Source: a virus
Virus record (IMG/VR): IMGVR_UViG_3300045988_117511
Length of the DNA stretch: 41,693 bases
Reading direction: 5' to 3' (one strand)
Shown here: piece by piece, positions 15,559-23,235 of the stretch
How the letters are laid out: the number at the start of each line of letters is the position of its first letter
Numbering within the stretch: position 1 is the stretch's first letter
The notes under the pieces: model-generated
Seen by the model: the letters and a program-made list of their open reading frames with translations, nothing else
The model's database searches: none
Told to the model about the DNA's origin: nothing
Position numbers and translations under genes: made by a program

Positions 15559-15942
15559 ATGACGAAACATGAGAAACTCATGGCTGAATATGAAGATTTG
15601 TATATCGAAGAACGACAGATGATAAACGATGGTCTGTACGCTGACGGATGCATCTGGATCAATCAGAAGCTGCCTTCCTGCAAAAAGTTCTCCGTCCTGG
15701 CAGAAGAGATCGGACATCACAAGACCAGTGCCGGCAATATCCTCGATCAGGATGACACCGCAAACCGAAAGCAGGAACTGACTGCCCGCAAATGGGCTTA
15801 TGAAAAAATCGTTCCGGTAGATAAAATCGTCGCTGCCATCGACTCTGGCTATGATGAGGTGTGGAGCTTGGCAGAACAATTCGACGTAGATGAAGACTTT
15901 ATGCGAGAAGCTTTAAAGCATTATGGGATTTTAGATATATAG
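15559..15942 (+). CDS. ImmA/IrrE (M78, DUF955)-like protein with variant EExxH motif
   Basis: IWINQKLPSCKKFSVLAEEIGHHKTS...ANRKQELTARKWAYEKIVP aligns to the ImmA pattern I.IN...F.LAHELGH...E..A..FA.E.L.P. A Glu replaces the first His. Confidence 0.65.
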   Translation: MTKHEKLMAEYEDLYIEERQMINDGLYADGCIWINQKLPSCKKFSVLAEEIGHHKTSAGNILDQDDTANRKQELTARKWAYEKIVPVDKIVAAIDSGYDEVWSLAEQFDVDEDFMREALKHYGILDI

Positions 15943-16011
15943 TCGGATTGATGTACTTAATTTCGATATCTTATTAAAAAAACAAACAGAATATTTTTAA
16001 GGAGCGTTGCT

Positions 16012-16512
16012 ATGATAACGGTAGAAGATGTTTTAAAAAGTAAAAAAAAGATAGCTAAAAAGCGTAAACCTGATTATACTGAAGATAAACAACACTATCG
16101 TATGAATATTGATCTCGTATGCGAGGATTTAGATGTGAAACTAACAATGTTCATCCGGAAATTGAAAAAATCGCCCGACACAGACTTCAGTATAGGTATG
16201 CGTGTTAATGGACCTAGTTTCTTTTCAAACAACACCATTGTCCTTGTGCGTTTCCAAGGCCCTCATGGTGGTCAATCTCAGACCAAAAATCTTAATGACC
16301 TGCACAACAATTATCACATACACCTCTACACTGAAGATGACCGAATCCATCATCGCAAACATGCAAATTATAAAGGTGTTGGTGATTTCAATAGCTTTGA
16401 GCAAGCTATTGCTGCCTTTTTAAATTATTGCCATATAGATGATCCCCATGGCATTTTTGATGATGAGATAGCAATGGCGGAACAATTTAAAATGAATTTA
16501 GAGAATCTTTAG
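16012..16512 (+). CDS. Orphan protein (166 aa), basic N-terminus and His-rich core
   Basis: RBS TAAGGAG. Contains KKKIAKKRKP and HNNYHIHLYTEDDRIHHRKH. I cannot assign a family. The gene is AT-rich. Confidence 0.7.
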   Translation: MITVEDVLKSKKKIAKKRKPDYTEDKQHYRMNIDLVCEDLDVKLTMFIRKLKKSPDTDFSIGMRVNGPSFFSNNTIVLVRFQGPHGGQSQTKNLNDLHNNYHIHLYTEDDRIHHRKHANYKGVGDFNSFEQAIAAFLNYCHIDDPHGIFDDEIAMAEQFKMNLENL

Positions 16513-16521
16513 GAGGTCAAT

Positions 16522-17274
16522 ATGGACATTAACGCCCTACTACTAAATACCCCTGGTACATTATTTCGTACGAAAGAGGCTACTGATGGCACATACCAAT
16601 TAATTGCGCCACTATTTCATGAAGATGGCGATATGATGAGTATTTATTTAAAAGAAAATGATTCGGGGAATATAGAAATCTTTGATAATGGGATGAGCCT
16701 TATGCGTCTTTCTTATACTTTTGACATTGATACAGATAATAAAGAGCGCATTTTAAACGATATCATCCTTGCTAAAAACGCCGAAAATTATGACGGAAAT
16801 ATTATAATGACCGTAACGCCAGAGCAAATATATACCGGCATCATGACTTACTCTCAACTGATCAACCAAGTATGCGGACTCGATATTCTTTCCCGAGAAG
16901 CTGTGACCGATTTGTTTTATGAAAATTTAAGCACCGCTATCGAAACCACGCTTTCTGGAAAGATATATGATAAGGATGTAACCCTCCCTCAATATAAAGA
17001 TATGAAAATAGATTACATCTTTAAAGGCAAAGAGAAGCCTTTGTATCTTTTTGGAATCAAAGATACAAACAAAGCGCAGCAAACCACTATATGCTGTCTA
17101 CAACTAGAACAAAGATCTATTCCATTTAAGAGTGTTGCCGTATTCAATAATATTGATACCGGAATAACTAAATTCGCACGAAATACATTGATGAATACTG
17201 TAGGCAAAGTATTCACTGATTTAGATGGATTTGCAGAGTATGGCAAAAATTATTTAGAAAATGAAATAGCTTAA
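16522..17274 (+). CDS. DUF1828/DUF1829-like two-domain protein
   Basis: RBS TAGGAGG. It starts 9 nt after the upstream stop. The N-terminal pattern YQLIAPLFHEDGDMMSIYLKENDSGNIEIFDNGMSLMRL resembles DUF1828. The family call is from memory. Confidence 0.65.
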   Translation: MDINALLLNTPGTLFRTKEATDGTYQLIAPLFHEDGDMMSIYLKENDSGNIEIFDNGMSLMRLSYTFDIDTDNKERILNDIILAKNAENYDGNIIMTVTPEQIYTGIMTYSQLINQVCGLDILSREAVTDLFYENLSTAIETTLSGKIYDKDVTLPQYKDMKIDYIFKGKEKPLYLFGIKDTNKAQQTTICCLQLEQRSIPFKSVAVFNNIDTGITKFARNTLMNTVGKVFTDLDGFAEYGKNYLENEIA

Positions 17275-17418
17275 AAAACAAAACCCCCTGCGCTAACAGA
17301 GGGTCCGTCCATGAGCTGTAATGATACAGTCCATACAATGCAATCTGATTGTATCATTTCAGCCCGGATTTGTCAAAGCCGGGTATTTTTATGCCCATTT
17401 TTAAGGAGATGATACATA

Positions 17419-18555
17419 ATGGCAACCAAGAAGAACACTGCGGTCCTCCGTGGTGACAAGGAATACAACTACTTCCGGATCACCCGAACCGTTGGTCATG
17501 AGTGGAAAGACGGCAAGAGAATCCCGATCAAGAAGCAGTTCTATGGTACCAGCAAGGGAGATGCGGAAAAACAGTTCCGTGCTTACCAGGAAGAGCAGCT
17601 GCAGAAAAAATATGAAAAAGAGCATGCTGCAGCTGAAGCCCAACGGAAGACCTTTGGAGAATACGCAGAAGAATATACCTACGAAGTCTTCATGAACAGC
17701 ACTTATGCCAAAGGGACCAAGCGCCGATATGAACAAAGCTACCGGGTTCATGTGAAAGATTCCTGGATCACTTCTATACCGATCGGCGAAGTGGACGCGA
17801 AAACTCTGCAGGACTTCTATATATGGCTGCCTGTATCGAAACAAAACTTGGATTCCATCAATAAGTGGATGTCTGCATTTTATAAATGGCTTGCCCTGAA
17901 TAATATTTCCGGGAATATCCTGAGTGCAGTCACCATGCCTGAGAAATATGACAACAAGAAAAAGGATGAGATCATAGTATGGGAGCCAGACGAGATCCAG
18001 ACCATTCTCACAAGCTCTGATGGCCACAGGCTGCGTTTCATGATGTTTCTGATGAATTATACCGGTCTTCGTATATCCGAATGTCTGGGGCTTAAATACA
18101 GCGACATCAGATCTGGATTCGTATGTGTGGATCGCCAATACTACCAGGGTGAAATCGTCCCTCCAAAACATAATTCCTACAGGAAGATTCCGGTTCACCC
18201 GGAGCTGGAGAAGGCGCTGCAGATCCATAAAGAACGATTCGAAGCTGAAGCCAGGCGCAACAATTACAAAACAGAATTTGTATTCACCAGCGATTCCGGA
18301 AAGCTCCTGGAGTATGGCAATACACGCAGATCATTGAACAGATATTATGCCGATATCAATGTTCCACAGAAGAGCCCTCACACCTACCGGGCCACATTCT
18401 GCACCGAGCTGTGCCGGGCAGGCGTGCCACTGGAAGTCGCATCTAAGCTCATGGGACACAAATCTATCGAGGTCACGGCCAAGCACTACGCCCTGGTAAA
18501 GCAAGATGTACAGATTGCAGCCATAAATCGGCTTCCCGGCATAGACGTGAAATAA
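17419..18555 (+). CDS. int: Tyrosine recombinase (phage integrase)
   Basis: The C-terminal catalytic region is LRISECLGL...HTYRATFCTELCRAGVPLEVASKLMGHKSIEVTAKHY (R..HxxR..Y). It is adjacent to attP. Confidence 0.92.
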   Translation: MATKKNTAVLRGDKEYNYFRITRTVGHEWKDGKRIPIKKQFYGTSKGDAEKQFRAYQEEQLQKKYEKEHAAAEAQRKTFGEYAEEYTYEVFMNSTYAKGTKRRYEQSYRVHVKDSWITSIPIGEVDAKTLQDFYIWLPVSKQNLDSINKWMSAFYKWLALNNISGNILSAVTMPEKYDNKKKDEIIVWEPDEIQTILTSSDGHRLRFMMFLMNYTGLRISECLGLKYSDIRSGFVCVDRQYYQGEIVPPKHNSYRKIPVHPELEKALQIHKERFEAEARRNNYKTEFVFTSDSGKLLEYGNTRRSLNRYYADINVPQKSPHTYRATFCTELCRAGVPLEVASKLMGHKSIEVTAKHYALVKQDVQIAAINRLPGIDVK

Positions 18556-18615
18556 TCGTGAAATATTGAGCCAACTTCCGCAAAATGTTGAAAATACTAG
18601 GGTCTGAACGACGCA

Positions 18616-18649
18616 AAGGCCGCAGGTTCGAATCCTGTCATCCCGACCA
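18616..18649 (+). other. attP core: 3' portion of a tRNA-Pro-like gene (T-arm, acceptor 3' strand, ACCA)
   Basis: GCAGG-TTCGAAT-CCTGT-CATCCCG-A-CCA. C1:G72 with A73 is the bacterial tRNA-Pro signature. No matching 5' acceptor strand (CGGGATG) lies upstream, so this is a fragment and not a gene. Confidence 0.7.
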
Positions 18650-18661
18650 GTATCAACAATC

Positions 18662-18697
18662 AACCCATTGAAATTTCAACGTTTCAATGGGTTTTTT
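18662..18697 (+). terminator. Rho-independent terminator after the tRNA fragment and int
   Basis: A 12-bp stem AACCCATTGAAA/TTTCAATGGGTT followed by a T-run. Confidence 0.7.
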
Positions 18698-18821
18698 GTT
18701 TCCCGGGATATTACTGAATTTCATCTTATTTTGCCCTGTTTTACCTGTCTCTTTTCGGCAAAAGTTGTGAAAAAGTCGTGAAACTTTTTGGCAATATCTG
18801 TATTTAATATGACTTAGAGCA

Positions 18822-18848
18822 TAAAAAAAGGCGGGATTTCTCCCGCCC
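18822..18848 (-). terminator. Rho-independent terminator ending the late/lysis operon
   Basis: Minus strand forms GGCGGGA-GAAA-TCCCGCC followed by T7. Confidence 0.75.
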
Positions 18849-18855
18849 ATCGATA

Positions 18856-19098
18856 TTATTTATTCAGATCTTCCAGATCATCGATTCGATGATTTGCCAC
18901 CTTGATTCGCTCGCCTTCCAGCTTTGCCTTTTCTTCCAGTCGATACACCCGGTCAATCAGGTTATTGTGCTTATTCACCTTCTCTTCCAGTTGCCCGATC
19001 CGATAGTTGGTCAGCCGAGCGGATGCGATCACACCGATTGCAGATCCCAGCAGGCCGCCGCCGGATGCGATCATGGCTACAATTACCTCTGTCGTCAT
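18856..19098 (-). CDS. Membrane-anchored coiled-coil protein of the lysis cassette
   Basis: An N-terminal transmembrane segment (VIVAMIASGGGLLGSAIGVIASA) is followed by a coiled coil. It is the last gene after the endolysin. Confidence 0.65.
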   Translation of the reverse strand: MTTEVIVAMIASGGGLLGSAIGVIASARLTNYRIGQLEEKVNKHNNLIDRVYRLEEKAKLEGERIKVANHRIDDLEDLNK

Positions 19099-19107
19099 GC
19101 CGCCCTC

Positions 19108-19809
19108 CTACGAAATATAGACTTTGCCAGATTTCCGGGCGCACACATAGCCCGATGGGATCTGCAACCAGATATCAGATCCGACGACCCGAACAGCCTT
19201 GCAGGTTACCCGCGTGCCGGATTTCAGCACGGCAGAACTGGACGATGTACAATGTGCCCTGGCATTCGCCGTCAGTGCGCTGCGCTTTTTCTTTGCGTAG
19301 TTCGTCCCCGGGCCAGTGCGAACATTCATATTTGCCCGCAGGGTATACGTGGATCCTACCCGGTAACCAGACGATCCGCCGGAAGATGGCGCAGAATAAT
19401 TCGCCATCCAGGTCTCTGGGTTCTGCCATTTCCAGCTGGAAAGGCTACGAACGCCGATGTGTAAATGTATCCCGGTGGATGTTCCTGTGGATCCTGCAAC
19501 GCCCACCTTGGTTCCACGGCTTACAGCCTGGCCCTGTTTTACGGAAATACTGGACAGGTGGAAATAAGCTACACATACGCCATACCGTGCATATTTTACA
19601 TATACATAGTTTCCGGCGGATTTGTCATACCCGCGCTTATAAACCGTACCAGATTCCAGGGCATGGACGGCTACCTTGCCGCAGCCATAATCCACGCCAT
19701 AATGAAATTTTTTCGTTTTCTTGGTTGGATGGACTCGCCAGCCATATCCTGATGTACGGCGATGGCTTGCACCGCCGAAAATGATTTTCAAAGTAGATTC
19801 TGTGCTCAT
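19108..19809 (-). CDS. Endolysin: M23 peptidase domain + C-terminal SH3-like cell-wall-binding domain
   Basis: HYGVDYG and GIHLHIG are M23 zinc motifs. The C-terminus is VRTGPGTNYAKKK...GTRVTCKAVRVVGSDIWLQIPSGYV (SH3_3-like). Confidence 0.85.
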   Translation of the reverse strand: MSTESTLKIIFGGASHRRTSGYGWRVHPTKKTKKFHYGVDYGCGKVAVHALESGTVYKRGYDKSAGNYVYVKYARYGVCVAYFHLSSISVKQGQAVSRGTKVGVAGSTGTSTGIHLHIGVRSLSSWKWQNPETWMANYSAPSSGGSSGYRVGSTYTLRANMNVRTGPGTNYAKKKRSALTANARAHCTSSSSAVLKSGTRVTCKAVRVVGSDIWLQIPSGYVCARKSGKVYIS

Positions 19810-20147
19810 TATTTTTCGCTCCCTTCCTCAACCGGATCCGCCTCAAAGTCTTCCGCTTTGGAGCCGTCCCCATTAGTGGCCGCCAGATCCTTTCCTTCCA
19901 CATACTGCTTGAATACCTGATGCAGACCAGTGGACGCCGCACCGGTGAACGCACCGATGATGATATTTTCCACGCTCACTTCTTCCAACAATACATACAC
20001 GATCGCACCGAGAATCACCATCACCAGCGGAATGATTTTGTTATCCGTTGGCAAAAACTTTTTCATCAACCATCCGACTACCAGACAGCCGACCAGCACA
20101 TACACATTGATTGGAATCTGTGCGATGATTTCACTTAAATTAAACAT
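19809..20147 (-). CDS. Holin
   Basis: 112 aa with multiple transmembrane segments and a charged acidic C-terminus. It lies immediately upstream of the endolysin, with overlapping stop and start. Confidence 0.8.
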   Translation of the reverse strand: MFNLSEIIAQIPINVYVLVGCLVVGWLMKKFLPTDNKIIPLVMVILGAIVYVLLEEVSVENIIIGAFTGAASTGLHQVFKQYVEGKDLAATNGDGSKAEDFEADPVEEGSEK

Positions 20148-20171
20148 TTTTCATACCTCACTTTCTGTACT

Positions 20172-20194
20172 AAAAAAACAGGGCGTATTCCCTG
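20172..20194 (-). terminator. Rho-independent terminator between the fibre genes and the lysis cassette
   Basis: Minus strand forms CAGGG-AATACG-CCCTG followed by T7. Confidence 0.6.
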
Positions 20195-20206
20195 CTTATA
20201 AACTGT

Positions 20207-20599
20207 TTATTTCCATTTACCAAATATGTGAATTGTATAACCGAACGACCCTGCCTTTTGGGATCCAACAGTGTTTAACTGTACTTTTTTAATTGCTGCA
20301 TCCCATCTTGTTCCAGATTGATTTGCCGATATACCAAATCCAGTATCAACTTGCGAATTGTAAAACATTCGTCCGCTACTAACCGAAAACGGAAGATCAA
20401 CATCTACTACGCAATGATACATGCCGATCCATGTTTGAACATATCTGGCAGTCGCAGTGCCGCAACCATATAACTCACAATATCCGGATGCCCATTTCCT
20501 ATAGAACCAAACTCCGGAGATCCCTTGTGATACGATATAGTCAACCTTTGTTTTGGTGCACAACTTCTTTAAGATGGTGAATATTCTCATACGCACCAC
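20207..20599 (-). CDS. Hypothetical tail-fibre-region protein (130 aa)
   Basis: ORF in the AT-rich distal tail cassette. No motif recognised. Confidence 0.6.
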   Translation of the reverse strand: MVRMRIFTILKKLCTKTKVDYIVSQGISGVWFYRKWASGYCELYGCGTATARYVQTWIGMYHCVVDVDLPFSVSSGRMFYNSQVDTGFGISANQSGTRWDAAIKKVQLNTVGSQKAGSFGYTIHIFGKWK

Positions 20600-20609
20600 C
20601 CCATTTCTT

Positions 20610-20933
20610 TTATCTGCCGTAAAGAATTAATTCGGCCGTGTAACCAGTTGGTTGTTTGGATACCGATATGGCTGTTTTGCTTATATTCACATAAATTACG
20701 GAATTGTATGTCCCTACAAAATGTGTTTGAGCACTGCTTGTTAATGTCACCACAGGGATTAAAGTCTTGATACGAACTCCTCCAAAATATGTTATTAACA
20801 GCAATTCGTTGTATTTGTCCGCATTGTATGAAATGGTTCCAGAGCTTTCTGCGATCTTTACCCATTTCTTTGTTTGCTTTGAGGACTTTAGATTTTTTAT
20901 ATCTGCGAAGGCTTTCTTTAAGAGATTGTACAT
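20610..20933 (-). CDS. Hypothetical tail-fibre-region protein (107 aa)
   Basis: ORF in the AT-rich distal tail cassette. Confidence 0.6.
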   Translation of the reverse strand: MYNLLKKAFADIKNLKSSKQTKKWVKIAESSGTISYNADKYNELLLITYFGGVRIKTLIPVVTLTSSAQTHFVGTYNSVIYVNISKTAISVSKQPTGYTAELILYGR

Positions 20934-20963
20934 AATCTATGCACCCCTCTCTTAAAAACCTTG

Positions 20964-21401
20964 TTAAGCAGTACCCCCCCCGATAATATTATTAAGTGAA
21001 TCGGGAATAATAGGATCGATGCCTATAATTCGTTTAATACCGTAAGATTTATTGGGTGCTCCAGGCGTGTTGACATTTACCCATCCCCAATCTAATTTAC
21101 ACGAATCTCCGTTCAAAGACATAAAAAATGCTGTAACACCCATCCATGATGGATAATTAGCGTTCACAGTGCCAGTAAATACAGTATCGCTACGTCTTAT
21201 AGCAATACCACTAACCCCGCCCAAATCCAAGTCAACTTGAATGAGATTATATTTACTTATATCTTTTATAGTCTTGGTTCCGCTATCCCATGATGTACTA
21301 GAATCAAATAGTATTTTATTCTTCTTTTTGAAATAATCAAAAATAGCCTGTAGGCTGTTTCCGGCTTGCTTTAAAAGCAAATATATTTCTTGATCGTTCA
21401 T
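20964..21401 (-). CDS. Hypothetical tail-fibre-region protein (145 aa)
   Basis: ORF in the AT-rich distal tail cassette. Confidence 0.6.
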   Translation of the reverse strand: MNDQEIYLLLKQAGNSLQAIFDYFKKKNKILFDSSTSWDSGTKTIKDISKYNLIQVDLDLGGVSGIAIRRSDTVFTGTVNANYPSWMGVTAFFMSLNGDSCKLDWGWVNVNTPGAPNKSYGIKRIIGIDPIIPDSLNNIIGGGTA

Positions 21402-21413
21402 ACCGCTCCTTTC

Positions 21414-21857
21414 TCATGCGGTACGTTTCCAGAAGTATACGGTTATATATGGTTGAAGGTTGTTGTGAGCTTTGCTGCCGCCTTGATCACGTCCAGCTGG
21501 TTGTGCCTCATTTCCGTTATAAACGTTCCAACCTCTTGCTGATGATCCGTAGGCAGTTAATTTATCAGAGCTAAGATACTTAGCTGTATTTCCGCCCCAT
21601 GCGGATCCTGTATTTGTGTACATATGACCCGGATGTGCGGGCATCTCCGATTCAGTTAATTTAACGGTTTTTTTACCGCCCGTTTTTTCAACAGCATCAA
21701 AGCTTGTATCAGAATCATCAACTCCAACCAAAGTTCTCCCATTAGCGAAACGTACCCATGTCTGATTCTTAAATAATTTGTTTGGATCATAGCTAGCATT
21801 AACCGTCGTAATGATATGACCCACTGGATAGATCCAGTCTATTAATCTAGCTACCAC
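21414..21857 (-). CDS. Phage tail-collar-domain-like fibre protein
   Basis: PVGHIITT...W and the C-terminal HNNLQPYITVYFWKR resemble the tail collar domain signature (HNNxQPY). Confidence 0.65.
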   Translation of the reverse strand: MVARLIDWIYPVGHIITTVNASYDPNKLFKNQTWVRFANGRTLVGVDDSDTSFDAVEKTGGKKTVKLTESEMPAHPGHMYTNTGSAWGGNTAKYLSSDKLTAYGSSARGWNVYNGNEAQPAGRDQGGSKAHNNLQPYITVYFWKRTA

Positions 21858-23229
21858 CCCCCAGCAAATTCATTAGTTCTTGATACTCCGCGTCAGTAAT
21901 CGTGTAGTCAATATTACCTACCCAAAAGCCTTCATTTTGTGCTTCGCCAAATAAACGGACTCCTTTACCTCCAGCTAATCTACTAATCACTGGAGCTCCC
22001 GTAACAATCCGGTTTTCTATGCTACTGATCTTGTCCGTCAGTGTTGCAATAAATTCCCACGTTGATGTCGGATCAGTGCCGCTTACGATCGTTGACGCTT
22101 CAAAACTCCAGCTTGACGTTGTAAGCGTCAATGCTGTATAGGTCGCAGCATCTATAGCTTTATATTTCAAGATCAGCGATCTGCTGTTTTGCCCGGCTAC
22201 CGAAGCCACCAGACCATTGATAATAACCTTCGTGTTTGTCCCGTTTGGATTGCGATTTCCGTTGGCATCACACGGGTAGTACGTCATATTCGTGATTGCC
22301 GGTGCCGAATAATCCACCACTGTAATTGTTTTGGTCAGTGTTCTGGTTCTACCCCTGCTGTCAGTTACCGTAGCAACGATGTCTACGCTCCCTGCCGTAT
22401 TCAGTGCATTCGACTGAAATTCTTCCGACTGATACTTTACACCGTCCAGTGTTACCGCATAGGATTTGATCGTACTACCGTACACACCTGCAGCGTTGAC
22501 CTTCACATTCAGCTGTGACAGCGACCGGACGAACCGGTTTCCAAATGCCGTTGTGACGGCTGTAATGGCCTCGGATGCCGAAATGCTGCTGACTGTAGGG
22601 ACAACACTATCAGGAACTGTTACTGTCAGATTCACAGATTTGCTCCCGATCGTCGTGCTGCCGGATTTAGTCGTTACCGTCACTGTTGCTGTTGCCGACG
22701 TCCCGGAAATAGCGTTGATCCATGTTTTCGGTATCGTGAACGCTGTCCCGGACGTTACTGCTTTGCTATATGATCCCAGACTTACCGTTATCGTATCCGT
22801 AAAGCTACTCGATTTTTTTGTTGCCGTAGCTATCACCGTAGTGGATTCGTCAGCTGGGACGCTTGATTTATTTACCGACAAATCGGACACTCTCGGAATT
22901 GTCGGCAGTGTCAGAGAATTCGATGCTGTTATTGTAGAAAAGCCGCCAACGCCTGCCTCATAGCCACCAGAGACGCTAACTGAACCGGCTCCATTACTGT
23001 TATGATAGACCCTGATCGTACCGCTCCACAATATGGTCGTTGATGTCTTGGGCAACTTGTGAGTAAAACTTGTGTAGTGAGATCCATTTACTTTAATATA
23101 TCCGGACTTGTTATTATCGTTATGCGTATTATTTGTAGTCTTAGCTACGAACTTGACATACACATTTGAATAATTCCCTGCAATACTTTGTGATGAACAT
23201 GATAATTCTATCCATGCCGATAATGCCAT
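21847..23229 (-). CDS. Tail fibre / receptor-binding structural protein (DUF859-like N-terminus)
   Basis: Called from its position after Tal and its S/T-rich beta-type sequence. The N-terminal pattern resembles the siphovirus DUF859 family from memory. Confidence 0.6.
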   Translation of the reverse strand: MALSAWIELSCSSQSIAGNYSNVYVKFVAKTTNNTHNDNNKSGYIKVNGSHYTSFTHKLPKTSTTILWSGTIRVYHNSNGAGSVSVSGGYEAGVGGFSTITASNSLTLPTIPRVSDLSVNKSSVPADESTTVIATATKKSSSFTDTITVSLGSYSKAVTSGTAFTIPKTWINAISGTSATATVTVTTKSGSTTIGSKSVNLTVTVPDSVVPTVSSISASEAITAVTTAFGNRFVRSLSQLNVKVNAAGVYGSTIKSYAVTLDGVKYQSEEFQSNALNTAGSVDIVATVTDSRGRTRTLTKTITVVDYSAPAITNMTYYPCDANGNRNPNGTNTKVIINGLVASVAGQNSRSLILKYKAIDAATYTALTLTTSSWSFEASTIVSGTDPTSTWEFIATLTDKISSIENRIVTGAPVISRLAGGKGVRLFGEAQNEGFWVGNIDYTITDAEYQELMNLLGGGS

Positions 23230-23235
23230 TTTGTT

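Larger units (their letters stand above)
18546..18784 (+). promoter_or_regulatory. Candidate integrase arm-type sites flanking the att core
   Basis: (C/T)GTGAAA occurs at 18546 and 18557 on the left side and at 18766 and 18777 on the right side. Each pair is spaced exactly 11 nt, and all four are in the same orientation. Confidence 0.45.

Noticed and set aside
17401-18228. 275-aa minus-strand ORF
   Set aside because: It is antisense to the well-supported integrase gene and has no recognisable motif.
18580-18649. A complete tRNA gene downstream of int
   Set aside because: Only the T-arm, the 3' acceptor strand and CCA are present. No complementary 5' acceptor strand (CGGGATG), D-arm or anticodon arm can be found upstream.
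18331-18850. Minus-strand ORFs 18331-18663 and 18653-18850
   Set aside because: They span the int 3' end, the attP core and terminators. They have no RBS, and their composition looks like non-coding sequence.
18856-19098. Calling the lysis-cassette coiled-coil protein an XhlA-family haemolysin
   Set aside because: As I recall it, XhlA has its transmembrane segment at the C-terminus. Here the transmembrane segment is N-terminal, so only a generic call is justified.
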